Shown here piece by piece: positions 34,601-45,326 of a DNA stretch of 64,000 nucleotides. Numbering within the stretch: the stretch's first letter is position 1; each line of letters begins with the position of its first letter. Origin of the DNA: Tubiluchus corallicola (lineage: Eukaryota; Animalia; Priapulida); the NCBI GenBank assembly GCA_030141605.1, contig JAQGDQ010000008.1, positions 558,001 through 622,000 on the forward strand, given 5' to 3'. The position numbers and the translations under genes are program-made. The notes under the pieces were generated by a model that was given only the letters and a program-made list of their open reading frames with translations, ran no database searches and was not told where the DNA came from.

Positions 34601-37101
34601 CCACTTGTAATATTTTGTTCCACAGTGTCAGGGTGTAACTGTGGCAACTAGCGCAAAGTGGCGCTACAGTCTCAAAAAATAATAATCTATTGAAGCTAAA
34701 TATGCGCGGTAATAAAAAGATAAAGTGATTACAGCAAGTTTCGCTTTTTCACTTTCACGGCTGGAAGTCTGTAAAACTGACATCAGCAATCACAGACATC
34801 GTAAACTCTCTTATCTTTGTGAAAATGTAATGATGTGATTTCAAATATGTAGATGTGACCAAACTATATTGTTTAATTTTTGTAAACAACTCGCAACTTG
34901 ATGGCAGAACATATTACACAGATTGGTGTGGTTGAACCGGGTTCTGGCTAATTATTAATGATACCTCTACGATACGACAGTAAATCGGCTAAGACGGTTT
35001 AGTCACATTCAGATGCGAATACATCCTTCCTCAACACAAAAACGTCAGAGCAATATGTCATGTGAAACAACACAAAGGCAGTTTCCCGGCGAACACCCAC
35101 CCATTTTTCAAGCAGACCTGACACTCCGCAACTTTGCAACCAAACATGCATGAACAGCACTGCGGGTGTCTAGACGAATGCAGAAGTTTATCATCTTTTC
35201 ATTCCGGAAAGCAATCAAGGATTACGCCCATGAACCCAAAGCAATCAAGGATTACGCCCATGAACCCAACATCAGCGACCAAGGTTTGTTTAATTGGGCC
35301 TGAGATTAGTGTCAAAGGCAACACACGTTAGCAGATGCCGGCGGGCTGTACAGAACCGGAGTATTGAAAGAATGAATCGTCTTTAGAAATTATTCTAAAG
35401 TCTTGTAGTATTTCATTTGCAAGATTGGAAGGGAAGGAAAAACTGAAAACTTAGGGGGGTGCATAACCGTACAAGATTCAGCACAACTATATTTAAATTT
35501 ATAAAAAAACAATAGTTATCAATGTGAGCTCTAGTAACAAAAAGAAAATCATTTTATTTGCAAATGTAAACTGGATCCATTGATTGATCTGGCAAACATC
35601 TGGATACGAACATAAAAACAGAAATGTTTCACAAAGTTTTGCAGCCCCTGCTAGTAACTTCCTAAACAAATTCATTCACGTAAAATCACTTATCAAAAAC
35701 ACGTAAAATCCCTATCATAAACAAGCACGTGCGAGAACTTTAAAATCAAATCATTTAACGTAAACAAGTAGCCCGGGGATAGATTTATTTATAAGGATAA
35801 GTTTCAAACTCAAAAGCTTTAAAAACCAAGTTGCAAAATGACGATTTCAAGCGGATAAAGTTACAGGAGTCACGTTAGTGTTGCACGCATTACCAAATAC
35901 CAATACAATTTTTTACGTTTATAAGTAGGTTAAGTTTGGCTGTGATCTAGGCGGATGATGAGGTTAAATAGAAACACACTCTTGCTGGGTAAATGTACGT
36001 CAACAGTTGCCTCGTTTTTCTTTCTGTACTTGAAAGACTAGCAAAAATGCCGTCAGCTCAATGCATACTACTGTACAAGATGGAAAATGTCACGCTTAAC
36101 GTCAGGATTTTTTCTCTTGAAACAGACCTACTTGGTATGAGTTACGCGGGCGAAAGAGCGTCTATTTCTGGCATTGCCTAGTTTTAATACGCATGCACGT
36201 ATATAGAATGTCCATCAGTGATACTGTGACCACGAGGGGGGGGGGGGCATTCTTGTAAACACTACGTCACAATTGCTGTAACACAACGTCCACATTACAC
36301 GATTACGTGATTTACACGACTATATTATACCTATTAGGTTTTTAAAATTTTCTTAGCCAACATGAGCCGCATGGAGTCTTTCATGTTACGAACACCGACA
36401 TACTGCAGTTGTTTCAGTTCTCATTCAATAATTACATTAAACACCAACCGTTTTTTTTTCAAAAAAAGTAAAAATAGAAACTGAAATCACTGCATCGATC
36501 CTTTATAGTTTAACAGAACATATACAGCAATACTCAACATCAAACACAATAAACCTTGATTAAATGAACACGTCCCTAAATCTTGCTACATCAAAACTAA
36601 TATTATACACTACAAGCATTTATACAGGTGCTATAAAACACCCTACTATCAATAGCAAGTTGTGTTTCAAGTGGTGTTGATAATGGCCAAAACGGTTATA
36701 TTTTCAAAATAGTTAAAAATTAATAGTGTCTTTCTCGTCAACAATTTAAATACACCACAACATGGTTAAAGCTCTTTAATAACTCTTTATTACTCTTTAA
36801 TAAAATTATTAAACTAATAAATGCAACAAATATCTTGCTTACCTCCGCCATTACGAAAGCAAAGATATGGAAATCTCCACACATTGCCAATGCCGACAGC
36901 ATATCCGACACAACTCAAAAAGAAGTCCAACTTCCCCGACCAGTTACCCCTCTCCTTGTTTTCGTCTGTTTTGTCTACACCCCAATCCAGTTCCTCGCTC
37001 GACTGCCCCAGTGCTGCACTTCCATTTTGCATATTAGACTTTTCGTCTCTCTCCGATAATGGAATTCCATTCTCAACTTGTTTTTCTTTGTCAACTGTCA
37101 T
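22370..37101 (-). CDS. SLC6 sodium- and chloride-dependent amino-acid transporter, glycine transporter (GlyT)-like, 13 coding exons, 665 aa
   Basis: Exons 37101-36843, 33759-33628, 33019-32779, 31212-31080, 29524-29390, 27536-27433, 26887-26763, 26120-26008, 25609-25469, 24723-24624, 23376-23264, 23004-22837 and 22603-22370 total 1998 nt in frame, all GT-AG. SNF motifs: [93 protein letters not shown]. An in-frame TGA upstream confirms the ATG. Confidence 0.95.
22837..23004 (-). CDS. SLC6 transporter coding exon 12
   Basis: [33 protein letters not shown]|gtaaga (TM12). Confidence 0.9.
23264..23376 (-). CDS. SLC6 transporter coding exon 11
   Basis: [25 protein letters not shown]|gtgagt. Confidence 0.9.
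24624..24723 (-). CDS. SLC6 transporter coding exon 10
   Basis: [33 protein letters not shown]|gtttgt (TM10); missing from the ORF track. Confidence 0.9.
25469..25609 (-). CDS. SLC6 transporter coding exon 9
   Basis: [24 protein letters not shown]|gtaaga. Confidence 0.9.
26008..26120 (-). CDS. SLC6 transporter coding exon 8
   Basis: [38 protein letters not shown]|gtaatg. Confidence 0.95.
26763..26887 (-). CDS. SLC6 transporter coding exon 7
   Basis: [33 protein letters not shown]|gtatgt. Confidence 0.95.
27433..27536 (-). CDS. SLC6 transporter coding exon 6
   Basis: [34 protein letters not shown]|gtgtgt. Confidence 0.95.
29390..29524 (-). CDS. SLC6 transporter coding exon 5
   Basis: [39 protein letters not shown]|gtattt. 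Confidence 0.95.
31080..31212 (-). CDS. SLC6 transporter coding exon 4
   Basis: [28 protein letters not shown]|gtactt. Confidence 0.95.
31816..32281 (+). repeat. 93-bp tandem repeat, 5 near-identical copies, derived from a SINE body
   Basis: Units start at 31816, 31909, 32002, 32095 and 32188 (cttaaaaaattatctattgaaacgagcagagttttggcctgccacaaccactagtag..cagtgctggattctggcttgc). Confidence 0.95.
32779..33019 (-). CDS. SLC6 transporter coding exon 3
   Basis: [45 protein letters not shown]|gtaaga. Confidence 0.95.
33628..33759 (-). CDS. SLC6 transporter coding exon 2
   Basis: [33 protein letters not shown]|gtatgt. Confidence 0.95.
35209..35269 (+). repeat. 30-bp exact tandem duplication
   Basis: aagcaatcaaggattacgcccatgaaccca occurs twice. 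Confidence 0.9.
36843..37101 (-). CDS. SLC6 transporter coding exon 1
   Basis: [23 protein letters not shown]|gtaagc. An acceptor at 37148/37147 implies upstream non-coding exon(s). Confidence 0.95.
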
Positions 37102-38536
37102 TTTTGCAAAAGTGATAATTTATATTTTTCACTCACTCAGCTTTTCCTAAAAATACGAAACATTTTAATTAATTGAATGTATTACAGAAAGTAACAATTC
37201 ATTCATACAAAACAAACTGGTCATGTACATGTAAACTGCCAAACACTTACTTCTGTCAAAGGCTGAGAAAAATAATGACCAAGCAAATACTAACATTAGC
37301 ATAACAAGACTATACAAGTTGATGCTCAAGTACATAAAGCAACATTAATTAATAGCATTCTTTTTGCAGGCATAATAATATAGTCACTATTATTAATCTT
37401 GAGTATAGGGTACTGCTAGGGTATAGACCAATAAGGCTATAACCACAAGTGACCAAACAGAACTTTTAAATAAAGAGAAATATATATGCGGATGCACTTG
37501 GATCAGGCAGCCTCTCGCTGAGCAGAAAAAAAACAGTATGACCACAGGTATTGGCTTTCTGGATTTTATCAGTGACACGTCTCGTGACAGTCACATAAAC
37601 TGAGACAGCGTTTTTACTTTCAACTAACCTACATCATATATGATGTAAAGCGTTTGAACAAATGCCAACTAATTACTAACGAAAAATGAAAATTGTGAGT
37701 ACGCAGTGGTCCAGTTACATTTAAAAACGTGAGTATTTGTCATTTAAAAGCACAACTAACAAGATTCCCATCAGCCTATCTGTTAAGTAACGCCAACTAA
37801 ATATAGCAACCATTCTAGCACTACATTTATCCAGCTGAACACTGAACAGTAACTAAGCCGAGCCCCTCGTGTGAAAGCCCGTAGTGACCAAGCCCGTCAA
37901 ACCCGTAAAACAACTAATATCCCGAAAACTTATTTTCGCGATTCACCACATTCGAAGGCTGTTGACAGTGACAGTTGTCACAATTCACGTTTTTTTCTGT
38001 AAATTACAATTTACTTCAAGTAAACAGGCGACTGGCAAGATTTTGAATATTTTTCCAAAATATAATACAGTAGTTTGCCAGCACTTACCACACAAACTTG
38101 CGGTAAATAGGCAGAGCGGGCTGTTGAAGGAGTCAGTCATTTGTACATAAAATCAATAATATTTAAAATTAACACAAAAATGTTCATATAATGCGCACCA
38201 CGATTAGCAACTAATGATAAAAATACAGTAAATAGATAGAAAATTTAGAAATCAAATCTTTAGTTGCAAAACGACACCCTTTTCACGGCAGTAATTTTAA
38301 TGTATTCTCACAAGCAACAACTCCAGTCTTTAAAAGTGCGTTTATTCGAACACAAACTCCTCCCACACAGAGCATGAACTTATGAAAATAATATTGTTTT
38401 TGAAGCCAAGCCAGAAAACACTTAGTGAGTACAACGCGTGCTTTTCTTATAAACAACACAAGTTCACTTTTTTTATACACTCCACTCGTCGTAAACGAAG
38501 CCAAACTCAATGTGGACATTCCTAAACACCTTAAAC

Positions 38537-38539
<3 letters not shown>

Positions 38540-38592
<53 letters not shown>
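38540..38592. repeat. (TA)n microsatellite, ~26 units
   Basis: Perfect TA run. Confidence 0.95.
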
Positions 38593-38594
<2 letters not shown>

Positions 38595-39479
38595 GTACGT
38601 AATAGTTAGGTTCACCGACCTAAGAGAATCTTAGTTCTAATAATAACGCAAGGCCAAACGCAGATCCGCCAACAGTAAAGGTCATTTTCCAGTACCATGC
38701 GCACATATTCAGGCTAAGTTACAAAAATTACGACGAATACCAACAGGCAAAAATTATTTTAGTACGGTATAGTCAATTTATTATTATTTTTATGTCAGGT
38801 CAAACATAAATAGTAAAGCACAAGTACAATGCCGCTTGCAGCAAATAATTAACACAATTAAATATCACATTTAAAAACTACAGCTAAATAAAACGCCATG
38901 TTTTAAAAGACCTACGCCGCTTACAATATGCTCCTCTTTTATTATGCAAAGTTAAAACTCTGCAACCTTACTGCCATCAACGAATATTGTACCTTAATCT
39001 CGTCATTTTACAGTTTTCCTTTAACATCAAGCATCAGAAATATCAACCTCGGTAGCACCTCAAGGGCAAAAGAACACTGTAAACAATAATTAATCAGTTT
39101 TGCCTATTTCTGTGATATCTGCGGCACAAACAATTTCAGTTAATTAATACTTGTACGGCGCCCTACATGGATTGTTTTTCTGCCTCGTTTCTGCACCTCC
39201 ACTGGAAAAACACGCAATGACCTACCAATATGTACGAAATAGGGAAAAGTTCGCAAAGAGTTCATATATTCACAGCTGTTAAAAAATCAATTCGTTTAAC
39301 TTGTTATAAATAAGCAAACGGCCGCGAATAGAACCGTGAGGAAATTTTGAAATTATACGGTCAAGGTTAAATAAGACAATAATTTAGCTTACCTAAATCT
39401 TAAACTCATGTGACACCTGTTATTTAACAATAACAAGTAAATATATTTTCTCTCCGTAACCAAACAAAAAGTCCGGTAT

Positions 39480-41410
39480 AAAATACTTGAAACCCCAGAT
39501 AGGACACATTGTTTTAAAAAAAGCTAACCCTGGTATGGACAACGACTGTAAAAGGAATGGCTGCGTGTCGTCACAGGTCTTGGATAAATTAATTGCAGAT
39601 ATGTTGCAAGAAGGATTATTTTCATATCAAACAAACAGATCTACATTAATTAAGAAAAGCGGTAGCATCAAGTAAAGTTAAAAATTCAATTACAAAATTG
39701 CTCTTCTGGGAATCCCAAAATGTTCGGGAATTCGCCAAGAAACACAGGTTACAAGGTGAATATCTACTGCAGGAAATACTGAACAAAAACTTTTTTCCAA
39801 CCACTAGCAAACCCTGTAAGCTTTAGGATTGGATAAAAATTTTATGGATGTTGAAAGCTTTTTGTGACTATGATTTTGAGAAACAATGTCCCGGCACAAA
39901 ACTTTATTTCAATCCGCCTTTGAGTTAGAGGACTCGCAAATGTGTTAGCTAAATTAAAACGTAAAAAGGCAACAGCAAATGACAGCATTCCCATTGAATT
40001 CATAAAAATGAAAGATTCATTGTAACTACAAATTATTTGCTAAAACGGTTTCACTGTTATTTCACTGTGACTCGCAGTTTTCCGGAAAATAGGTCAAACT
40101 CTTAGAAAATATCACTTCAATAATTTCGGCCGTATGTCTTTTAATGTTTGCAAATAACTTAGTTCTGGTGAGTAAAGACGAATTGCAAACTCTATTAAAT
40201 CTATTACCTATTTAACTGTCAACGCATTTCAAATCAAAATTATCGTTTTTGAAAAGCGTGATACCATGACATCTGGCAACACGCCATTTTACCACAATAA
40301 CAGTTAATTACATCATTGCTTTGAATATAAATATCTTGGTATGTACATTTTAGAAACATTGACTACTTTAACAAAGCTGTGGAACATTTAATGACAGAAA
40401 GCAATAAAACTACTTTGCAGTTACTGGCAAAGTAAAACCATTTAACTGCTTTAATGTTAGTATGGGACTTCTTTTGTTCAACACACATGTTAAACCTATG
40501 CTAAATTACGAGTGTTAAATGTAGGGGATAAAATATGAAAGATTGAGAGATCGTGTTTAAAATATTACAAGTCAGTTTTTGGTATAATATAGCGCCAACA
40601 CCTGCTGTGTTAGGCGACCTAGAGAGATCGAATTAGTAATTCGACATCTCTCTAGCTCGGATGGAATTAGCTTGGAAATATTAAAGAACTGTTAAATGGC
40701 TCCATGTCGTATCACTACCAGACAAAAGATTATATACGAAGGCTTTTATAACTGCAGAAAAGTTATATACGCCATTATTCACTTAAGAAATCGGATGCCA
40801 TTTTAGCTTCCTTATTAAACAATAATATTGTCCTATTTCAGTTTAACACTATTTTTTTAACTTACATGAGACTGACAGCAAATTTTCTGTACTCTGTACA
40901 ACGTGAGGGAATCTTTTACAACATGAACAAATTTAAATATGATTTCCAGTCTGAGTCAAATTTAGAAAATATCAAAAACAGAAGAGATGGGATAGCTCTG
41001 ACCTAAATCGGAGCTAGTACTGATACTCTTGCAATAGAGACTGGGCGATGTGAAAGACCACAGATAGGATCTACCAAGAGAAAATCAGCTACGTAAAAAA
41101 TGTAATAGAGCAGAGGATGAATACAATTTTTTTGTTTTACTGTGAGAAACACAGGTGAAAACATTTTTTAATGTTTTACTGTGAGAAACAAGTTTTGCAC
41201 GTGATTTCCTGTTAAATATTGTAAACCAATGTATGCCCGAGTTTTATAACCTAAGTGATAATGATGCACCGACATATCTTATGCAGTTACAGAAACAAGT
41301 TAGTGTGCTTTAACGAAATTTGTTAGCACGCGTTTGAAATATGATTATTACTGTGTATTTAAAATTGATCAGCCCTTATTGCCATAATATCTAATATCAA
41401 ATAAATATCT
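39480..41410 (+). mobile_element. Heavily decayed RTE-X-like LINE ORF2 remnant
   Basis: Fragments KxGND.IP.EFIK, F.YKYLG, L.LFNTHVKPMLNY, AVLG.LG, and LAIETGR..RP..R.....EDEYNF (41025-41130), followed by an ataaatatcta-type tail near 41400. Confidence 0.6.
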
Positions 41411-41729
41411 AATTAAAAATCAATACCTGTTTTAGTAACCAATAAAAATTATGTACGAAGATTAAAAACTATGTATTAGAATCCGCATTTGGTAACAGTT
41501 CTTCAGCGCCTCCTTTCTTTAACAAACTAGCTATGGCGTTAGTAACAATTTTTCACATAAATAATATGGCTCACTCAACAATCAATGTCAACTATGAAAC
41601 AACCTATTTATTACTAAAAATAGCAAACAAGCAGAAACGTTTTAAATTACCAAACTCGCTCGCAGAAAAACATTTCTTGGAAATGTTCTACTTGGCTAAA
41701 CAATACCAGAGATACCAACATCAAACAGT
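41294..41729 (+). repeat. Donor copy of a 436-bp local duplication
   Basis: Matches 44853-45288 except for 3 substitutions. Confidence 0.95.
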
Positions 41730-44700
41730 CTTTTGCGAGGTTAATTTATACGGAAACTCTACGCAATCAAGAGGGAGGTCACACAGGTCACGCAGACTGC
41801 AGATTAACAAGTGTTCAACACCACACTATTCAAGAAGCCATCTCACACTTGATTTTCCTCTACAGCCTGTGAATTCCGCGTAATGAGCATCGGAAGTCAT
41901 TCAGCGATATGACCTTGAAATGACATTGGATAGAATTTGCACGTACTTTTGCCAATGGAATTTTCCTAGAATATTTCCCAAGTTTTATACAAATATGTTA
42001 GTCCGCATCAATAGTTTTGATCAGACACCTACCCACACGAATTCATTAAATGCAGTAGCTTGTAACTTCGTGCGGTACCTAAACAGTTTAAGGTGGGGTA
42101 AATAAACGACTGTCATACGCGGGTACACCGTGACGAAAGCTGAGCAATGCTGATGCTGGTGAGTGAATGAATGGGTGACACCCAGGTTACATGGATAAGG
42201 CAAAGTCTTGATAATGAGCCAGGCTCCGGTCTTACCAAAAACATTGCCATAATCAATTAGCAGTCCCTATCGCTGAATGCTGGATTGCCATCACCACTGC
42301 TGTGATGACAGCAACAACAATGCTGAACAACCACAGCAACAACAAAGTCTTTACATTTATGGCTCTGCGGGCACAGTGCAAAAACTGGAAATTGACTGCT
42401 AGTAGGCCATAAGTAGTAGTAGTAGTAAGCCATATGTAGAACGTACAAAGTGCCTAGCTCTCAATTCTCACAAAATAAAAATACAATAACTGCAAAGACA
42501 CGCACTTACCACGCATCTACAACCAAACTTATTAAAAAGCCTAGAGAAAATCATTACAACCATAATTTTCTAGACGTATTTACCAAAACTCGAAATGTTG
42601 TCAGTGTACATAAGTCTGCAGTCGCATATAGAAGTACATGTATTTTCCTACGCACACTTTACCAAGAGAAAACGAGCTTTGAACAATGACTTACACAAAA
42701 ATAAAACGCGCTGAACACGGGTCTAATATAACCTTATACTCCTCGGTCTATATTCACAGCTGACTCTGTTACGGCATACAAACAACAGGTATGTTTTGAG
42801 TTAAAATTCCATGAAAAGACGTCACAGGTGATAGCACAAAAATTGTCAGCAAAGCCACTGGTGCGCAACAAAACACAATAGGCCCAGGGCACAAACCATC
42901 AAAGTAGATGCTGTACGAAAAATTCCACAACTAATTGCCTGCTGGTCACATAACATAGGCGACTGATAACTGCTGTGAAGACCAGTTCACATGAATCAAT
43001 TAATGATCTACAAGTGCGAATATGCGGAAAGCAGTAAAAGACTGTTCACATAGTTTTGCTTCTGTTGGTGTTTTTGTACTGATCAAACTAGATTAGATTA
43101 GTCCTGAGATTGTGTGTCATTTTAAATCATGCAGGCTCCGGGCAGAAAAAGAACAGTTATCAGAAGTGGTGCTGGCAATACACGGGCCACGTGCAGTAGT
43201 ATAGCAGCCGACTATCTATTTTGATATTATTTGTTAGAAACGCGAAGTTGAAGACAGTAACGGCAACGAACAGATAAATCACTCATGGCTGGGGTTAGGG
43301 CAGGTGTAACAAAAATTAAGCCCTATAACTGACATATGATAGTTTTCTAAATGAACAAGGCAATTGCACACTAATTTACATTGAAAAGCTATGTTATACA
43401 TGCAATGTACAAGATGAAATAATAAATTAGTGTTAGAGGCCCAAGTGAGCCTTGCAGTGATGGATGCCCACAGCAGAAGTTATAAATCAAAAAGCCATGA
43501 CGCTGAAACTATCAGCGATTCACTAAAACGAAACAAGAAAAGAAAATTAATTATTCTTAACGCACGGATATTAACATTATCGAACGAGCGCGTGGCCTGC
43601 ATTTGGTAGACACCAACAAGAAAGGAATCAAGGGATGGCCTTTCGGGAGTCCCATGTTTGACCACTAATTACTGAAAACGGGATTATGGCGAAGAATTGC
43701 TTTTATAATTATCATAATGATGTTATTATACTGACCTACTTACTTACGACATGGCCTCCCATTTCCACATTAGCTGACAACTCTAGCACCACAATAATTA
43801 GAATTTTTGCAAAATTAAAACAGAACGTCATCATCGAAAATTGCCGAACATGCTGCACAAACTACAATTTCACTGTTAGTAAAATACAATTTCGACAACA
43901 GAAAAAAACTGTGAAGTGAGTCCCTCGCTAATTTAGCGGTACTGCAGGTCAACACCTTGAACTCCTCCCATAAAAACGGACAGTCAACTACCACGTGCTC
44001 GGAAACTTCTACAAAATGTGGTACAGTAGCAGTCTAATACAGATACAGTCCGTGCAGGCGCAAAGCGCACTGATTAGTGATTGGTTACCACTGGGGACTG
44101 TAAACCCGATAAACCGGCGCACATAGTGTTGGAACTATGCCAAGCCTAGCCAAGAAGCCAAAACAGAAAAAAATAGAGCACCGAAGCCTACAAACGGACA
44201 TGGCAAAAAGCGGGACTCCGAGCGGTTTGGCCCATACATATTGCAACCCATAATGTAGAAAAAATAATAATTCAATACAGATTTTAGAAGTTGCTAAAAA
44301 GATTGTCTATTCTGTACACAATTTGACAACAATGCAAAATGGAGTGGCCTGGACAAGAGAAAAAAGAGAAAAAAATACAGAATTAACACGTTGTTAAAGC
44401 TATTACACACGCAAGATTACGTAATTAAATTTCATATACTGTATATAATATAAATAAATAAACAAATAACCATACAGCGAGAAAGCTTGGTACTAATATT
44501 GTGAGTCTTTGGTGGGTACAGTTAATTTAAATAGGACAAAAATGAGAAAGAGTTAACATAATTGACACTATCATAGCAAAATGTGAAACAAAGCCGGTCA
44601 CTAATTTAACATCTAAATTCTAAAAGCATCCATTTTTAAATTACCATGAACACTACGTTAGAAAAAAGTGGTGCTGAAAAAACGGTTGTGATGTTCCTAA

Positions 44701-44816
44701 TGCATATTTTTTCAAGTTACAAGTTAAACTTTGCCGCAGCACCACCTACGTAATTCGCGAGCGTATTAGCACGTTATTTTAAATCTACACTAATCCATTA
44801 CCTCGCAGCCAGCGCC

Positions 44817-45326
44817 TGACAAAATTTTCCACTGCAGAACATGACTATTAGCAACAAGTTAGTGTGCTTTAACGAAATTTGTTAGCACGCGTTTGAAATA
44901 TGATTATTACTGTGTATTTAAAATTGATCAGCCCTTATTGCCATAATATCTAATATCAAATAAATATCTAATTAAAAATCAATACCTGTTTTAGTAACCA
45001 ATAAAAATTATGTACGAAGATTAAAAACTATGTATTAGAATCCGCATTTGGTAACAGTTCTTCAGCGCCTCCTTTCTTTAACAAACTAGCTATGGCGTTA
45101 GTAACAATTTTTCACATAAATAATATGGCTCATTCAACAATCAATGTCAACTATGAAACAACCTATTTATTACTAAAAATAGCAAACAAGCAGAAACGTT
45201 TTAAATTACCAAACTCGCTCGCAGAAAAAAATTTCTTGGAAATGTTCTACTTGGCTAAACAATACCACAGATACCAACATCAAACAGTTGACAAAATTTT
45301 CCACTGCAGAACATGACTATTAGCAA
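44817..45326 (+). repeat. Inserted 436-bp copy (44853-45288) flanked by a 38-bp direct repeat
   Basis: tgacaaaattttccactgcagaacatgactattagcaa occurs at both 44817-44854 and 45289-45326. Confidence 0.95.

Noticed and set aside
36821-37150. Plus-strand ORFs opposite SLC6 exon 1 (similar cases opposite POLE2 and LINE segments)
   Set aside because: Antisense shadows of real coding sequence.
38283-38634. ORFs containing IYIYIY tracts
   Set aside because: Translation of the (TA)n microsatellite.
42135-42190. Functional 5S rRNA gene
   Set aside because: Only a diverged internal segment is present, followed by SINE-like body sequence.
41533-45316. Two ORFs with the same N-terminus (MALVTIFHINN...) suggesting a paralogous gene pair
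   Set aside because: They are a by-product of the 436-bp duplication, with AT-rich non-coding composition and no recognisable domain.
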